Source of the DNA: an uncultured Thermoleophilia bacterium
Lineage (GTDB): Bacteria; Actinomycetota; Thermoleophilia; UBA2241
Assembly: GCA_963739595.1 (NCBI GenBank)
Contig: CAVUBA010000025.1
Span: 19,200-83,199 of the forward strand
Direction: 5' to 3'
Length of the DNA stretch: 64,000 nt
A model generated the notes under the pieces. That model was not told the origin of the DNA. It saw only the letters and a list, made by a program, of their open reading frames with translations, and made no database searches. The translations under genes and the position numbers were made by a program. Position 1 is the stretch's first letter, and the number at the start of each line of letters is the position of its first letter. Below, in pieces: positions 30,256-40,170 of the stretch.

Positions 30256-31026
30256 TCACACGGTCGTGACGATGACTCCGGATGCCCGGAGTCGCGCGAG
30301 CTCGTCGGCCGGGGCCGAGTCGTCGGTGATGAGCTCGTCCACCGCCGACGCTTCGCAGATCCGGGCGAGGGCCAGCCGGCCGACCTTGGACCCGTCGGCG
30401 ACGACGATCACGCGCGCAGCGCGCTGGATCATGACGTTGTTCGTGTGCGCCTCGATGTCCTGGTACGTCGTCAGGCCGCCGTGGGCGGTGATGCCGTCCA
30501 CCCCGACCACGGCGAGGTCGAGGTTGATCCCGTCCAGGGTCGCCTCGGCGAACTGTCCGACGAGCTCGTACGACTCGCTGCGGGCGACTCCGCCCGTGAC
30601 GATGAGCCTGAGGTCCGGCCGGACTGCGAGCTCGGAGGCGATGTTGAGCGCGTTGGTGACGATGGTCAGCCCGCGCCGGTCGGCGACCTCGCGACCGAGC
30701 TCCGTCGTCGTGGTGCCCCCGGTCAGGCCGAGCGTGGTCACCGACTCGTCGACTCTCCGCGCCGCCTCGGCGGCGATGCGCCGCTTCTCGCCGCCGTGTC
30801 GACCGCTTCGGTATCTGAGCGGGAGTTCGTAGACGGTGCTGTTCGCGACGGCGCCGCCGTGCGTGCGTGTGAGGAGCCTCTGCTCCTCGAGGAACTGGAG
30901 GTCGCGCCGCACCGATGCGGTGGACACGCCCAGGTCCGCGGCAAGCTGCGCGACGCCGACGGAGCCGTCGGCGGCCAGTCGCTCGAGGATCCTGCCCAGC
31001 CGGTCTTCCTGTCTCATGGCGCTCAT
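30256..31026 (-). CDS. DeoR/GlpR-family transcriptional regulator
   Basis: N-terminal HTH VAQLAADLGVSTASVRRDLQFLEEQRLL and the C-terminal sugar-phosphate-binding DeoRC domain. Intact. Confidence 0.85.
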   Translation of the reverse strand: MSAMRQEDRLGRILERLAADGSVGVAQLAADLGVSTASVRRDLQFLEEQRLLTRTHGGAVANSTVYELPLRYRSGRHGGEKRRIAAEAARRVDESVTTLGLTGGTTTTELGREVADRRGLTIVTNALNIASELAVRPDLRLIVTGGVARSESYELVGQFAEATLDGINLDLAVVGVDGITAHGGLTTYQDIEAHTNNVMIQRAARVIVVADGSKVGRLALARICEASAVDELITDDSAPADELARLRASGVIVTTV

Positions 31027-31089
31027 CCTAGCACGAACGCGTCACGATGATGTTGCTTTCTGCTTGTTTGAAGCATAGTCTCTGCACAA

Positions 31090-31995
31090 ATGAGCAGAAC
31101 GACCTCCGAGATAGCCTCCCAGCCCGACTGCTGGCGCGCCGCCGCTCAGCTCGCCGCCGAGAAGGTCACGCTGGCGGCGCTTCCCCACGACGGCCTCGAG
31201 GTCGCCGTGGTGGGCTGTGGCACATCGCTCTACATGGCCCGGGCCTATGCGGCGCTGCGCGAGGCCGCCGGGGGCGGGCGCACCGACGCGTTCCCCGCGT
31301 CGGAGTATCCCGCCGCCAGGGACTACCCCTTCGTGCTCGCCATCTGCCGATCGGGCACCACGACCGAGGTCGTGCGGCTGCTCGAGCGGCTTCCGGCAGA
31401 GAGCCACTCGCTGGTGATCACCGCCGTCGCCGGCACGCCGGCGCCGGCGGCCGCCCGGCGCGCGCTCGTCCTCGACTTCGCCGACGAGGAGTCCGTGGTG
31501 CAGACGCGGTTCGCGACGACCACGCTGGCGCTGCTGCGCGCGTCGCTGGGCGCCGACGTCGTCGGCATCGCGGGCGACGCGGAGCGGGCGCTAGAGGCGC
31601 CGCTCCCGCTCACCCCGGGCGCGGTCGAGCAGGTCTCGTTCCTCGGCGAGGGCTGGACGTTCGGCCTGGCCGACGAGGCCGCCCTCAAGCTTCGTGAGGC
31701 GGCCCAGTTCTGGGCCGAGTCGTACCTCGCGATGGAGTACCGGCACGGGCCGATCAGTATCGCCGCACCCGGCCGGGCCGTGTGGCCGTTCTCGGCGCTG
31801 CCGCCCGGCCTCGCAGACCAGATCGGCGCCACAGGCGCGACGCTCGTCGACACCGGTGATCTCGACCCCATGGCCGCGCTCGTCCTGGCGCAGCGGTTCG
31901 CGGTCGAGACGGCGGGGGTCCGGGGCCTCGACCCCGACCGGCCGCGAGCGCTGACCCGCTCAGTGATCCTGTCCGACAGGGGGGAGACGCCATGA
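31090..31995 (+). CDS. SIS-domain sugar-phosphate isomerase/deaminase (AgaS/FrlB-like)
   Basis: MSRTTSEIASQPDCW...VVGCGTSLYMARAY...AICRSGTTTEVV is the SIS phosphosugar-binding signature. The stop overlaps the SBP start (ATGA). Confidence 0.75.
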   Translation: MSRTTSEIASQPDCWRAAAQLAAEKVTLAALPHDGLEVAVVGCGTSLYMARAYAALREAAGGGRTDAFPASEYPAARDYPFVLAICRSGTTTEVVRLLERLPAESHSLVITAVAGTPAPAAARRALVLDFADEESVVQTRFATTTLALLRASLGADVVGIAGDAERALEAPLPLTPGAVEQVSFLGEGWTFGLADEAALKLREAAQFWAESYLAMEYRHGPISIAAPGRAVWPFSALPPGLADQIGATGATLVDTGDLDPMAALVLAQRFAVETAGVRGLDPDRPRALTRSVILSDRGETP

Positions 31996-33314
31996 AGCGC
32001 GTCCGCACAAGCTCGCTCGTCCTGCTGGTCCTCATGCTGCTCGCGATCTGCGCTCTGGCGGCCGCCTGCGGGAGCGGAGGAGCCGGGTCATCATCCGGCA
32101 CCAGCGCGTCGCCCGGCGGCAGCGGCACGGTGACGCTCTGGCACGGCTACACCGACGTGGAGCGCACGGCGATGGACGCCACCCAGGTCAAGTACAACGC
32201 GACCGATCCGGCGTGGAAGGTCAATGTGGTGTTCTCGGGCAACAACGACTACGGCCTCCAGAAGTTGCTCACGGCGATGGCTGCCGGCAAGGCGCCGGAC
32301 ATGATGTACCAATACGGGTCCTCGCTGGCCAACCTTGCCCGTTCGCCCAAGATTGTGACCGTGGGCGACCTCATCGCCAAGACGCCCGGGTTTGACTGGA
32401 ACGACTTCTTCGAGGCCGAGAGACTGGCGTGCACGGTGAACGGTCAGGTCAAGGCTCTTCCGGCCCTGGTCGACAACCTGGCGCTCGTCTACAACAAGAA
32501 GCTCTTCGACCAGGCCGGCGTCGCCTACCCGACGCCGGCCTGGACCTGGGACGACTTCCGCGCCGCCGCGGCTAAACTCACCGATCCGGCGACCAAGCAG
32601 TACGGCTGGGCCTACGTGAACGACGGCAGCGAGGATACCGTCTGGCGGTATCTCGCCGCGCTCTGGCAGGCAGGCGGCGATCTGCTGAACGCCGACAACA
32701 CGAAGGCCGCGTTCGACTCGCCGGCGGGCCTCGCCTCGATGACCCTGCTGCACGACATGGCGGTCGTCGACAAGTCCGTGTACCTGGACAACGGCAACGG
32801 CAACTACCTCAACCTGTTCAACTCCGGCAAGATCGCCATGCTGTGGACGGGGCCGTGGGACATGAGCTCGATCAACGCCGGCGTGCAGTACGACGTGCAG
32901 ATCCTCGCCGCGGGCAGCGCCGGCCATGCCACCATCGCCGGCCCGGACGACTACGTGATGATCGACAACGGCGCCGACCGGGTCCAGGGCGCCTGGACCT
33001 TCCTGCAGTGGCTCACGTCGCCGGAGGTGCACCTGCAGTTCGCCATCGACACCGGCGACCTCCCCATCCGCGTGTCGGAAACGAAGCTGCCGGCGTACAA
33101 GGACTACCTCGCCAAGTATCCCTACGCCAAGGTCTTCGTCGACAATCTCGCCAACGTGACCAAGGCGCGCCCGAACATCCCGCAGTACCCGAAGATCTCC
33201 ATGGCCGTGGGCCAGGCGGTCCAAGGCGTGCTGCTGGGCAAGCTGCAACCGCAGCAGGCACTCGACCAGGCGAGCCAGCAGGTGGACGCGATTTTGGCCG
33301 CGCCGGCGCCTTGA
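31992..33314 (+). CDS. ABC sugar transporter substrate-binding lipoprotein (CUT1 family)
   Basis: Lipoprotein signal MKRVRTSSLVLLVLMLLAICALAAACGS. Family-1 extracellular SBP. Confidence 0.85.
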   Translation: MKRVRTSSLVLLVLMLLAICALAAACGSGGAGSSSGTSASPGGSGTVTLWHGYTDVERTAMDATQVKYNATDPAWKVNVVFSGNNDYGLQKLLTAMAAGKAPDMMYQYGSSLANLARSPKIVTVGDLIAKTPGFDWNDFFEAERLACTVNGQVKALPALVDNLALVYNKKLFDQAGVAYPTPAWTWDDFRAAAAKLTDPATKQYGWAYVNDGSEDTVWRYLAALWQAGGDLLNADNTKAAFDSPAGLASMTLLHDMAVVDKSVYLDNGNGNYLNLFNSGKIAMLWTGPWDMSSINAGVQYDVQILAAGSAGHATIAGPDDYVMIDNGADRVQGAWTFLQWLTSPEVHLQFAIDTGDLPIRVSETKLPAYKDYLAKYPYAKVFVDNLANVTKARPNIPQYPKISMAVGQAVQGVLLGKLQPQQALDQASQQVDAILAAPAP

Positions 33315-33343
33315 CGCATGGTTGAGGGTGGGGGAGCAGCGCG

Positions 33344-34282
33344 ATGACGCCGGGGAGCGTGGGCGACGCGCCCTCCGCGCCGCCGCGCCGCGCCGCCCGC
33401 GCCGACCGGCTGCTCAACTCCGAGCACCTCACCGGGTGGCTCTTCGTCTCGCCGGCGGTGCTCGTCATCGGCCTGTTCGGCGTGGTCCCCATCATCTGGT
33501 CGGTCGTGCTGTCCTTCCAGAGCTACGACTTCGTGACCCCGGGTACCTGGGTCGGCTTCGCCAACTACGAGGCCCTGTTCAAAGACCCGATGTTCGCGGC
33601 CTCGGTGAGGCGCACGATCGTCTACACCCTGATCTTCGTGCCGGTGGTCACGGTCGCGGCGCTGGGGATCGCCGTGGCCTTGAACCGGACCATCCGTGCC
33701 ATGCGCTTCTACCGCACCGCGGTGTTCGCGCCGGTGGTCGCGTCGACCGTGGCCACGGCGATCATCTTCAACTGGCTGCTCGACCCGTACTTCGGCATCG
33801 TCAACGCGCTCCTGGTCAAGCTGGGGATCCCGGCACAGCAGTTCTTCCAGGACCCGTCGCAGGCGCTGTACTGCATCGTCGCGATGACGGTGTGGGGCTG
33901 GCTGGGCTTCGCCGTGATCATTTACCTGGCCGCGTTGCAGGGGGTGCCCCAGGAGCTTCTCGAGGCGGCGGCCATCGACGGCGCGACGCGCTGGCGCGCC
34001 TTCCGCCGCGTGCAGTTGCCGCTGCTGGGCCCGGCCACGCTGTTCCTCGTCATCTGGCTGAGCATCAACGCCCTGCAGCTGTTCGACGAGATCTACGTGA
34101 CCACGCGCGGCGGGCCTCTGGGCTCGACGACCGTTGTCGTGTACTACCTCTACCAGCAGGCGTTCCAGCTCTTCCAGGCCGGCTACGCGACGGCGATCGC
34201 GTACATCCTGTTCCTCGGCATCCTGGCGCTGACGGTGGTTCAGCTGATCCTCGGCCGCCGCTTCGTCCACTACCGGTCATGA
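33344..34282 (+). CDS. ABC sugar transporter permease (MalF/UgpA-like)
   Basis: 6-TM permease with an EAA-like loop. Intact. Confidence 0.85.
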   Translation: MTPGSVGDAPSAPPRRAARADRLLNSEHLTGWLFVSPAVLVIGLFGVVPIIWSVVLSFQSYDFVTPGTWVGFANYEALFKDPMFAASVRRTIVYTLIFVPVVTVAALGIAVALNRTIRAMRFYRTAVFAPVVASTVATAIIFNWLLDPYFGIVNALLVKLGIPAQQFFQDPSQALYCIVAMTVWGWLGFAVIIYLAALQGVPQELLEAAAIDGATRWRAFRRVQLPLLGPATLFLVIWLSINALQLFDEIYVTTRGGPLGSTTVVVYYLYQQAFQLFQAGYATAIAYILFLGILALTVVQLILGRRFVHYRS

Positions 34283-34313
34283 CCGCGGCGCCCCCGAGGT
34301 CGAGGAGACCACG

Positions 34314-35225
34314 ATGAGCTTCGTGGCGGTCGACAGAGCCGCGGACCCGGTGACGGCGCCGGGTGCCGCGCGGGCGGCCCAAGGCCCGAAGGGCTCGCGT
34401 CGCCCAAGCGCCTGGCACCTGCTGCTCATCCCCGTGGCGCTGGTGATGATCTTCCCGTTCTTCTGGCTCGTGATCACCAGCTTCTCCACGCTGGCAGAAT
34501 CACGCACCTTCCCGCCCTCGCTGCCCGCCGGGTTCCCCGTGCAGTGGGTCGAGAACGCCATCAGGAACTACGGCGACGCGTGGACGCTGGCGCCGTTCGG
34601 GCTGTGGGTCGTCAATACCACGATCGTGACCACCGTCGTCGTGATCGGCAATCTCGTCTTCTGCGGCCTCGCGGGGTACGCGCTCGCGCGGCTGCGCTTC
34701 TTCGGACGCACGGCATTCTTCCTCGTCATCCTCGCGACCCTGATGGTCCCCTTCCAGGTGGTCATGATCCCGGTGCTCCTCATCTGCCGGGACCTGGGGC
34801 TCGTCGACACGCTGGGGGCGCTGATCGCGCCCAACCTGGTGACGCCGTTCGGCATCTTCCTGCTGCGGCAGTTCTTCAAGACGCTGCCGGTGGAGATCGA
34901 GGAGGCGGCGCGCATCGACGGCGCCACGCGGCTGGGGACCGTGGTCAAGGTGCTGCTGCCGTCGATGGCCGCGCCGCTCGCCACCGTCGGCATCATGACG
35001 ATGCTGTGGAGCTGGAACGACTTTCTCTGGCCGCTGATCGCCATCCAGTCGGAGAAGAGCATGACGCTGCAGCTCGGCCTCTCGACGTTCGTCGGCGCAC
35101 ACGCGACCAACTGGCCCGTGCTCATGGCCGGCACCGTGATGACGCAGATCCCGATGCTGCTGATCTTCCTCGTCGCGCAGCGCTGGTTCGTCCAGTCCTT
35201 CGCCTCGTCCGGCGTGAAAGGGTAG
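34314..35225 (+). CDS. ABC sugar transporter permease (MalG/UgpE-like)
   Basis: 6-TM permease with EAA motif IEEAARIDGATRLGT. Confidence 0.85.
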   Translation: MSFVAVDRAADPVTAPGAARAAQGPKGSRRPSAWHLLLIPVALVMIFPFFWLVITSFSTLAESRTFPPSLPAGFPVQWVENAIRNYGDAWTLAPFGLWVVNTTIVTTVVVIGNLVFCGLAGYALARLRFFGRTAFFLVILATLMVPFQVVMIPVLLICRDLGLVDTLGALIAPNLVTPFGIFLLRQFFKTLPVEIEEAARIDGATRLGTVVKVLLPSMAAPLATVGIMTMLWSWNDFLWPLIAIQSEKSMTLQLGLSTFVGAHATNWPVLMAGTVMTQIPMLLIFLVAQRWFVQSFASSGVKG

Positions 35226-35234
35226 GTTGCCGCC

Positions 35235-36380
35235 GTGGCCCAGGTGATCCTCGACAAAGTCCGCAAGGAATTCCCCGGCAAACCGCCAACGGTCGCGCTG
35301 GAGGGGCTGGACCTTTCCATCGCCGACGGCGAGCTGCTCATCCTCGTCGGCCCTTCGGGGTGCGGCAAGACGACGGCGCTGCGCTGCGTCGCCGGGCTCG
35401 AGCAGCCGACGTCCGGGCGCGTCGTCATCGGGGATCGGGAGGTCCAGCAGCTGCCGTCGCGCAAGCGCGACGTCGCCATGGTCTTCCAGAACTATGCGCT
35501 GTACCCGCACCTCACGGTGTATGGGAACCTGGCCTTCGGCCTCAAGGAGCACCGCGTGCCGAGGGCCGAGGTCGACCGCCGCGTGCGCGAGATGGCGCAC
35601 ATCCTGGGCATCGAGAAGCTGCTCGGCCGCCGCCCGGCGCAGCTCAGCGGCGGCCAGAGCCAGCGCGTGGCGATGGGTCGGGCGCTCGTCCGCGAGCCAC
35701 AGCTCTTTCTTCTGGACGAGCCGCTCAGCAACCTCGACGCGAAGCTGCGCGGCCAGATGCGCGGCGAGATCCTGGAGCTGCAGCGCCGCGTCGGCGTCAC
35801 CGCGATGTACGTCACCCACGACCAGGCCGAGGCGATGACCCTGGGCGACCGCATCGCCGTCCTGAACGGCGGCGCGCTCCTGCAGCTCGGCACGCCGGAG
35901 GAGGTCTTCCGCAGCCCGCGCAACATCTTCGTGGCCGCGTTCATGGGAACGCCGTCGATGAACCTGCTGCGCGGCGAGGTGAAGGATGGTGTCGCGACCG
36001 CCGGCGACCTGCGCCTCCGGCTCGCCGGCGCGCCCAGCGGCCCCGTCATCATGGGGTTCCGGCCGGAGGCGCTGCTGCCGGCGCGGGAGGGCGCCGGCCT
36101 GCCGCTCGTCGAGATGGTCGTCGACGTGGTCGAGGAGCTGGGCAACGAGACACTGGTGTACGGCGACGTCGCCGGGGAGGTCGCGGCCGTGGAGACGGAC
36201 GCGACGCTTCCGGCGCCACTCCCGGGAGCGCACGCTCGCGTGTGCGCCCGGTTGAGCGGGTTCACCGCGGTCCGGCCCGGCGAGAAGGTGCCGCTGGCGC
36301 TGCGGCTCGACCGCGTGCACTTCTTCGAGGCGGCGGGCGGCGAAGCGCTCGCAGACGTCTCGCCCTCTGCCGCCGTCTGA
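35235..36380 (+). CDS. ABC transporter ATP-binding protein (MalK/UgpC-like, with C-terminal TOBE domain)
   Basis: Walker A GPSGCGKTT, signature LSGGQSQRVAMGRAL, Walker B LLLDEPLSNLD. GTG start with an AAAGGGTAGG RBS. Confidence 0.9.
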   Translation: MAQVILDKVRKEFPGKPPTVALEGLDLSIADGELLILVGPSGCGKTTALRCVAGLEQPTSGRVVIGDREVQQLPSRKRDVAMVFQNYALYPHLTVYGNLAFGLKEHRVPRAEVDRRVREMAHILGIEKLLGRRPAQLSGGQSQRVAMGRALVREPQLFLLDEPLSNLDAKLRGQMRGEILELQRRVGVTAMYVTHDQAEAMTLGDRIAVLNGGALLQLGTPEEVFRSPRNIFVAAFMGTPSMNLLRGEVKDGVATAGDLRLRLAGAPSGPVIMGFRPEALLPAREGAGLPLVEMVVDVVEELGNETLVYGDVAGEVAAVETDATLPAPLPGAHARVCARLSGFTAVRPGEKVPLALRLDRVHFFEAAGGEALADVSPSAAV

Positions 36381-36440
36381 CGTCCGGCGCGTGCGAAGAG
36401 CGCGTCCACTCGCGCGGCGGTACTCGCGGTCCGGTTCCCC

Positions 36441-37763
36441 CTACACGTCGCCGCAGGCGTCGCCGTACAGGTCGAGGACGCCGGTGATGTGCGCGCGCAC
36501 AAGGGCCGCGGGCTCCGGAGCGAGCAGCCCGGCCCTCACCGCGGCGTACTCGCGCGGCAGGTGCTGGCTGAGCAGCTCGAGGGGGATCGCGGTGCCGACC
36601 AGGTTGCGCAGCAGCGTCGCCACGGCCTTCTCCACCGGCGGCTGCGCCCAGTAGTAGCGGCAGCGGTCGCTGTAGCTGTAGACCAGCCGAGTCCTCAGGT
36701 CCTCGGCGTCACGGTCGTAGTAGGCGGCCCAGTGCCGGGGGTCGGCGAGCATGGTGTTCTCGAGCGTCTCGCGCAGGCCGGAGAGGCGCGTGCCTGGTCT
36801 CCCGCCGAGCACCTCGCGCTCGATCGCCTCGAGCGCGAAGAGCGCCTCCCGAAGCGCGAACGTGAGCCAGGGCCCGACCTTGAGGATGGCGAACCCGTCG
36901 CGGACGAGGCCGGCGAGCGCGCCCGGCGACTGGTAGTCGGTCGAGTGCGCCTCGAAGACCAGCGGCCAGGCGCCCCGCAGCGCGGCGGCGAGGCCGGCCG
37001 CAGCGGCCGGGTCGTAGGCGCAGACTGCGTGGTCGCCGAACTCGACTCCCGGCTGCGCCACGACGGCGACGACGTGCTCCCACGCGGCGTCCAGGCCCGC
37101 GGCTGCGAAGGCCCCGCCGGTCGCCTGCAGCATGCGCGCGACGGCGTCGCCGCGGGTCACCCGCGGTCCGGCGTCGCCGGCGCGCTCGCCGCCGGGCGCC
37201 GGCACCTCCGTCCCGATCACGTAGACGGGGCCGGCAGATCCGTCGCGCGACCGTGCGGCCGCCTCGGCCGTGTGGCAGAGCTCGACGGTCCGGGCCGTCG
37301 CGGTCTCCTCCGCCAGGAGCGCGTCGGCGCCGCCCGGGTCATCGGCGCAGCTCATGCTTGTGTCGAGGTGCAGCTTCTCGTAGCCGGCGAGCACGCAGTC
37401 CCTGACAAGGCGTGTCGCCCGCGCCATGGCTTCCGCGGCCGGCAGGTCGCGCCACGGGAAGGGTCCGAGGTGGTCGCCGCCGAGGACGAGCCGGTCGCCT
37501 GGGACGCCGGCCGCCGCCGCGGCGGCGCGGACGCCGTCTGCGAAGCCGGCCGGCGTCAGGCCGGTGTAGCCGCCCTCCTGGTTGACCTGTGCGGCCGTCG
37601 ACTCGATGCAGAGGAGCGAGCCGTGGCGCGCGGCGCGCCGGGCCGCCGCTTCGAGGACCACCGGGTGAGCCGAGCACACCGAGGTGACGCCCCGGTGCTC
37701 GCCGCGCCGGTTGGCGGCCAGGATGCCGGTGAGTTCTTCGAGCCCGGAGGTCGCAGCGCTCAC
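36441..37763 (-). CDS. GatZ/KbaZ-family protein (tagatose-bisphosphate aldolase non-catalytic subunit / tagatose-6-phosphate 4-epimerase family)
   Basis: VTSVCSAHPVVLEAAARRAARHGSLLCIESTAAQVNQEGGYTGLTPAGF closely matches the GatZ/KbaZ N-terminal signature. GTG start with a GGAGGAG SD, overlapping the kinase stop (GTGA). Confidence 0.8.
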   Translation of the reverse strand: MSAATSGLEELTGILAANRRGEHRGVTSVCSAHPVVLEAAARRAARHGSLLCIESTAAQVNQEGGYTGLTPAGFADGVRAAAAAAGVPGDRLVLGGDHLGPFPWRDLPAAEAMARATRLVRDCVLAGYEKLHLDTSMSCADDPGGADALLAEETATARTVELCHTAEAAARSRDGSAGPVYVIGTEVPAPGGERAGDAGPRVTRGDAVARMLQATGGAFAAAGLDAAWEHVVAVVAQPGVEFGDHAVCAYDPAAAAGLAAALRGAWPLVFEAHSTDYQSPGALAGLVRDGFAILKVGPWLTFALREALFALEAIEREVLGGRPGTRLSGLRETLENTMLADPRHWAAYYDRDAEDLRTRLVYSYSDRCRYYWAQPPVEKAVATLLRNLVGTAIPLELLSQHLPREYAAVRAGLLAPEPAALVRAHITGVLDLYGDACGDV

Positions 37764-38731
37764 CTGCCGCACTCCTCCGGGAATCCCTGAGCGGGGAGGA
37801 GGCCGGCCATGGCGGCCTCGGCCTCCCTGCGCGTTGGCTGCGCGGCGACGCCGCCTGCCGACCGGGTCGACAGGGAGCCGCAGACCACGCCCAGCGCCAG
37901 GCTGCGGCCGACGTCCCAGCCGGACAGGCGGCCGCAAAGGAAGCCGGCGTCGAGGCTGTCGCCCGGCGCCGACACGTGTCGGCGACGTCGACAGCAAGCG
38001 CGTCCACGCGCACGAGACGACAGCCGTCGTGCGCCAGAGCGCCGTTCGAGCCGAGCTTCACGACCGGCAACGGCACGCGGGCGGCGAGGACCGTGGCCGC
38101 CACGGTGGGGTCGCCGGCGCCTGAGACGCCGGCCGCCTCGGCGGCGTTGACGAAGAGGATGTCGATCATCGGCAGCACCTCGGCCAGCCCACCCTGCCAG
38201 CGCTCGGCCGGGTCCCAGTTGAGGTCGAGGGATGTCGTGGCGCCGGCGGCGTGCGCCGACTCGAAGAGGCCGCGCAGCCCCTGCGCGAGGCGCGGCTGCA
38301 GATAGAACGACGCCGCGTGCACGTGTCGCGACGCGGCGACGAGCCCTGCGGGGACCGCCGACGCCTCGAGCTCGTCCAGGGCGCCTCTCGAGGTGATCAT
38401 CGCCCTGTCCCCGTCGCTCAGGACGTGCACGGTGAGACCCGTCTCCGCCTCGTCCACGACGCTCACCGAGGAGGTGTCCACACCGCGCCGCTTGAGTTCG
38501 TCCACGGCCAGCCGGCCGGCCGCGTCGCCGCCGACCGCGCCGACGATGGCCGTCCGCAGTCCGAGGCGAGCGGCGCCGCAGGCGGCTGATGGCGGCGGAT
38601 CCGCCGAGGCCGAGAGTCGCGCCTTCGGCGAGCTGCTCGGCCTGCCCGAACGCCAGCTCGCGCGGCGCAGCCCGCAGGATGACGTCGGGGTTGACGTCGC
38701 CGACGACGAGCAGGTCGAACGCGGCGCTCAC
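37760..38731 (-). CDS. PfkB-family carbohydrate kinase, with about 2 frameshifts
   Basis: N-terminal FDLLVVGDVNPDVIL and the C-terminal anion-hole region DSLDAGFLCGRLSGWDVGRSLALGVVCGS. The middle of the protein is in another frame (ORF 37339-38505). Start 7 nt after the GH4 stop. Confidence 0.65.
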   Translation of the reverse strand: MSAAFDLLVVGDVNPDVILRAAPRELAFGQAEQLAEGATLGLGGSAAISRLRRRSPRTADGHRRRGRRRRGRPAGRGRTQAARCGHLLGERRGRGGDGSHRARPERRGQGDDHLERRPGRARGVGGPRRARRRVATRARGVVLSAAAPRAGAARPLRVGARRRRHDIPRPQLGPGRALAGWAGRGAADDRHPLRQRRRGGRRLRRRRPHRGGHGPRRPRAVAGREARLERRSGARRLSSRARGRACCRRRRHVSAPGDSLDAGFLCGRLSGWDVGRSLALGVVCGSLSTRSAGGVAAQPTRREAEAAMAGLLPAQGFPEECGR

Positions 38732-38738
38732 GGCCCGG

Positions 38739-40031
38739 TCACCGCAGCCCGTCGGGCAGCGAGGCCGCGTGCGCCGCGAGCAGTTCGTCGACGAGCGCCT
38801 CGGTCTGCGCCACGGAGAGCGTCGCCGCCGCGTTGGGATCGAGCAGGACGGCCTGCAGGATGTGGTCGCGCCGCTCCTCGAGTGCGCCGCGGACGGCGAG
38901 TTCCACGACGTTGAGGAAGGTACGGTCGAGCGCGGCGCACTGCGGAGGGAGGTCCCCGACGACCGTCGGCTGCACGCCGGCCCTGTCCACGAGACACGGG
39001 ACCTCGACGCAGGCGTCCTGCGGCAGGTTGGTGATCAGCCCCGTGTTGCGCACGTTGCCGTAGACGGTGCGCGGCTGACCGGTCACCATCGAGTGGATGA
39101 TCAGCGACGCGTACTCACCGCTGCGTTCCAGCTCGAACGGCTCGCCGGCGGCGAGCTGGCGCTTCTCCTCGGCGTAGATGTCCAGGTTCTCCTCGCTGCG
39201 CCGGACGTACTCGTCCACGGGGATGCGCAGCCGGTCGATCTCCGCGTCGTCGCGCATGAACCACGGCACGTACTCGGCGAAGTGCTCGCTCGACTCGGTC
39301 GGGAAGAAGCCGAACAGCTTGTAGATCTGGACGCGGACGTGCCGGCCGAGGCCCTCGGGGTCGGCCGCGATCGCCGCGTCCAGGAGCGGATAGATGCTCT
39401 GGCCGTCCCGTTCCAGTCGCAGCACCCAGCTCATGTGGTTCACCCCGGCTCCCAGGAAGGTGACTTCCTCGAAGGGGACGCCGGCGTACCTGCACACGTC
39501 GTGGCTCGTGTTCTGGATGGAGTGGCAGAGCCCGACGATCTTCTGGTGAGACGACCCGGCGTACCAGGCCCAGCAGTTCATGGCCATGGGGTTCGTGTAG
39601 TTCAGCATCCAGGCGTCGGGGCACAGCTCGGCCATGTCCCCGGCGATCCCGAGCAGCACGGGGATCGTGCGCAGGGCGCGCGACACGGCCCCGACGCCCG
39701 ACGTGTCCGCGATGGTCTGCCGCAGGCCGTACTTGCGCGGGATGTCGAAGTCGAGCCGGGTGGCGCCGATCCCGCCGACCTCGATCATGTCGACGGCGAA
39801 GTCGGCGCCCTCCAGGGCGCGGCGCCGGTCGGTGGTCGTGCTGATGCGCGCGCCGGCCCCCGCCGCCTGGTTCGTCCATCGGGCCATCGCCTCCGCCGTG
39901 GCCAGACGCTCCTCGACGATGTCGTGGAGCACGATCTCGGCGTCGGCCAGCTCCGGAAAGGTGAGGATGTCGCCCAGCAGGTTCCGCGTGAACTCCACGC
40001 TGCCGGCTCCGATGAAGACGATTCTCGTCAT
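38739..40031 (-). CDS. Glycoside hydrolase family 4 (NAD+/Mn2+-dependent alpha-glucosidase/alpha-galactosidase type)
   Basis: MTRIVFIGAGSVEFTRNLLGDI (Rossmann) and the conserved GH4 core NYTNPMAMNCWA...GLCHS. Intact 430 aa. Confidence 0.85.
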   Translation of the reverse strand: MTRIVFIGAGSVEFTRNLLGDILTFPELADAEIVLHDIVEERLATAEAMARWTNQAAGAGARISTTTDRRRALEGADFAVDMIEVGGIGATRLDFDIPRKYGLRQTIADTSGVGAVSRALRTIPVLLGIAGDMAELCPDAWMLNYTNPMAMNCWAWYAGSSHQKIVGLCHSIQNTSHDVCRYAGVPFEEVTFLGAGVNHMSWVLRLERDGQSIYPLLDAAIAADPEGLGRHVRVQIYKLFGFFPTESSEHFAEYVPWFMRDDAEIDRLRIPVDEYVRRSEENLDIYAEEKRQLAAGEPFELERSGEYASLIIHSMVTGQPRTVYGNVRNTGLITNLPQDACVEVPCLVDRAGVQPTVVGDLPPQCAALDRTFLNVVELAVRGALEERRDHILQAVLLDPNAAATLSVAQTEALVDELLAAHAASLPDGLR

Positions 40032-40170
40032 GACGCGCCGCCGTCCTTTCGTGAGGCGCCGGGACCGCGCTCCGGCCGTGTGCGGATGCGTCGCCGTCCC
40101 GGTCTGAGCGATAGTGTCGCAAATGATAGCGAAATGAGCAAGGTAGAGCAGAGCGTGAGGCGCCGCGCTC

